A stretch of DNA of 48,908 nt, counting the filler, from Catajapyx aquilonaris (taxonomy: Eukaryota): assembly GCA_000934665.2 (NCBI GenBank). It is 3 parts of 3 records of this genome, joined end to end, with 100 filler letters (N's around TTAATTAATTAA, not from the genome) between each part and the next. Parts side by side here need not be neighbours in the genome. Positions count along the whole stretch, not along the records: positions 32,654 to 48,908 come from JYFJ02007254.1; 2 more parts are not named here. One strand, 5' to 3'. Within the stretch, counting starts at the first letter, position 1. Each line of letters starts with the position of its first letter. The position numbers and the translations under genes are program-made. This document shows, piece by piece, positions 48,010 to 48,908 of this stretch. A model generated the notes under the pieces. It was not told the DNA's origin, made no database searches, and was given only the letters and a program-made list of their open reading frames with translations.

Positions 48010-48290
48010 ACTGGATATTTCAAACGAAGAGTCCAGGGGAAAAAGGGGGAATGTCACACAAAAAATGTTCGTAAGAAATCGAAGAAATAGCTTTATTTCT
48101 TCACGTGTCTAAAGAATAATAGGGATATCTTCACGTCATTATATGAAACTGTCCCCCTTGTACCCATGGAAAGCCTCCAGGTATAAGTGGCACCTACGCT
48201 ACTATTGTACTGTGCACTTGGCAGGAACCCCAATGGAATTTGACATTCCCCCTTTTTCCCCTGGACTCTTCAAATGTATTTTGACATAAA
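48010..48290. mobile_element. MITE-like element with inverted ends
   Basis: GAAGAGTCCAGGGGAAAAAGGGGGAATGTCA (48026-48056) is inverted at 48241-48271. Confidence 0.6.
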
Positions 48291-48609
48291 CGGAGTTGAA
48301 AAAGTGTCTCCGTAACTTACTTTGGCCACAACGAACCCTTATAAAGCAATCAATGTGAGCAAAATATTTTATTCCATTTTCCATTCGTGTAGGACCACAC
48401 ACACAGAAAGTCTCCGACTGACTTAAGTGTATCGTTCCGCAGTGTATTTTTACGCAACTAGGAGCTACGTTTTATTATACAAGCTTTACAAGATGTTCCA
48501 CAAACTATACTTCTAGGGTGAACTCGTGAGCACCGGATCACGTGTACTGGGTCTCCGCTATAGCGTCTAAGCTATAGTTACAAAGCTAATGGGCTGTTTA
48601 TCATAGAGT

Positions 48610-48865
48610 TGTTACGTTGGACTATTAACCTGAGGCTGAAGACGGATTTTAAAGCACAATGTAATCTTCTAACATACTTTTAATGACATGTGCATGTAAC
48701 TGAAATAAAAATTTAATTTCCTTACTGAAATCTGGACCACGGTCATATAAGTAAGGTCTGGTCACTCCCACCCACCCCCTGCCGGGGCGTTTTGCACCGG
48801 ACGCTCACCTGAGACCGCCAGGAGTCATTTCCGGAGCCACGACATAGTGGCGACCCTACCGGACT
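48610..48865 (+). mobile_element. Candidate 5' LTR plus primer-binding site of an LTR retrotransposon, cut by the window end
   Basis: TGTTACG(48610)...AATAAA...CACGACA(48844), followed 3 nt later by TGGCGACCCTACCGGACT, which resembles a tRNA-Arg-type PBS. Confidence 0.4.
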
Positions 48866-48908
48866 AAGGCTGAACTTTATAGGTACGAAAGGGGAGGGCT
48901 ACATTGGG

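Overview
Eukaryotic (metazoan, probably invertebrate) genomic DNA in three ~16.2-kb pieces (1-16235, 16336-32553, 32654-48908). The pieces are joined by artificial 100-bp N44-TTAATTAATTAA-N44 spacers, so adjacency across the spacers is not evidence of linkage. Piece 1 holds a complete 8-coding-exon MOV10L1/Armitage-type SF1 RNA helicase gene (3933-14987, +, ~1158 aa by my splice model), with MITEs and SINEs in its introns and flanks. Piece 2 holds an apparently intact, young 6544-bp Kolobok DNA transposon (17664-24207; TTAA TSD, 109-bp TIRs with one mismatch) inserted into a dead Gypsy integrase. It carries two convergent intron-containing genes: a THAP+DDE transposase (-, 12 exons, ~807 aa) and a KolX accessory protein homologous to the P2X7 cytoplasmic ballast (+, 3 exons, ~271 aa). 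The most unusual observation is that the transposase linker is built from a tandem array of five 60-nt phase-0 exons encoding TQT/SQT motifs that resemble dynein light chain LC8-binding sites. The rest of piece 2 and all of piece 3 are mostly MITEs of several superfamilies, tRNA-derived SINEs, microsatellites and decayed retroelement fragments. All gene models and coordinates were worked out by eye; no database searches were run.
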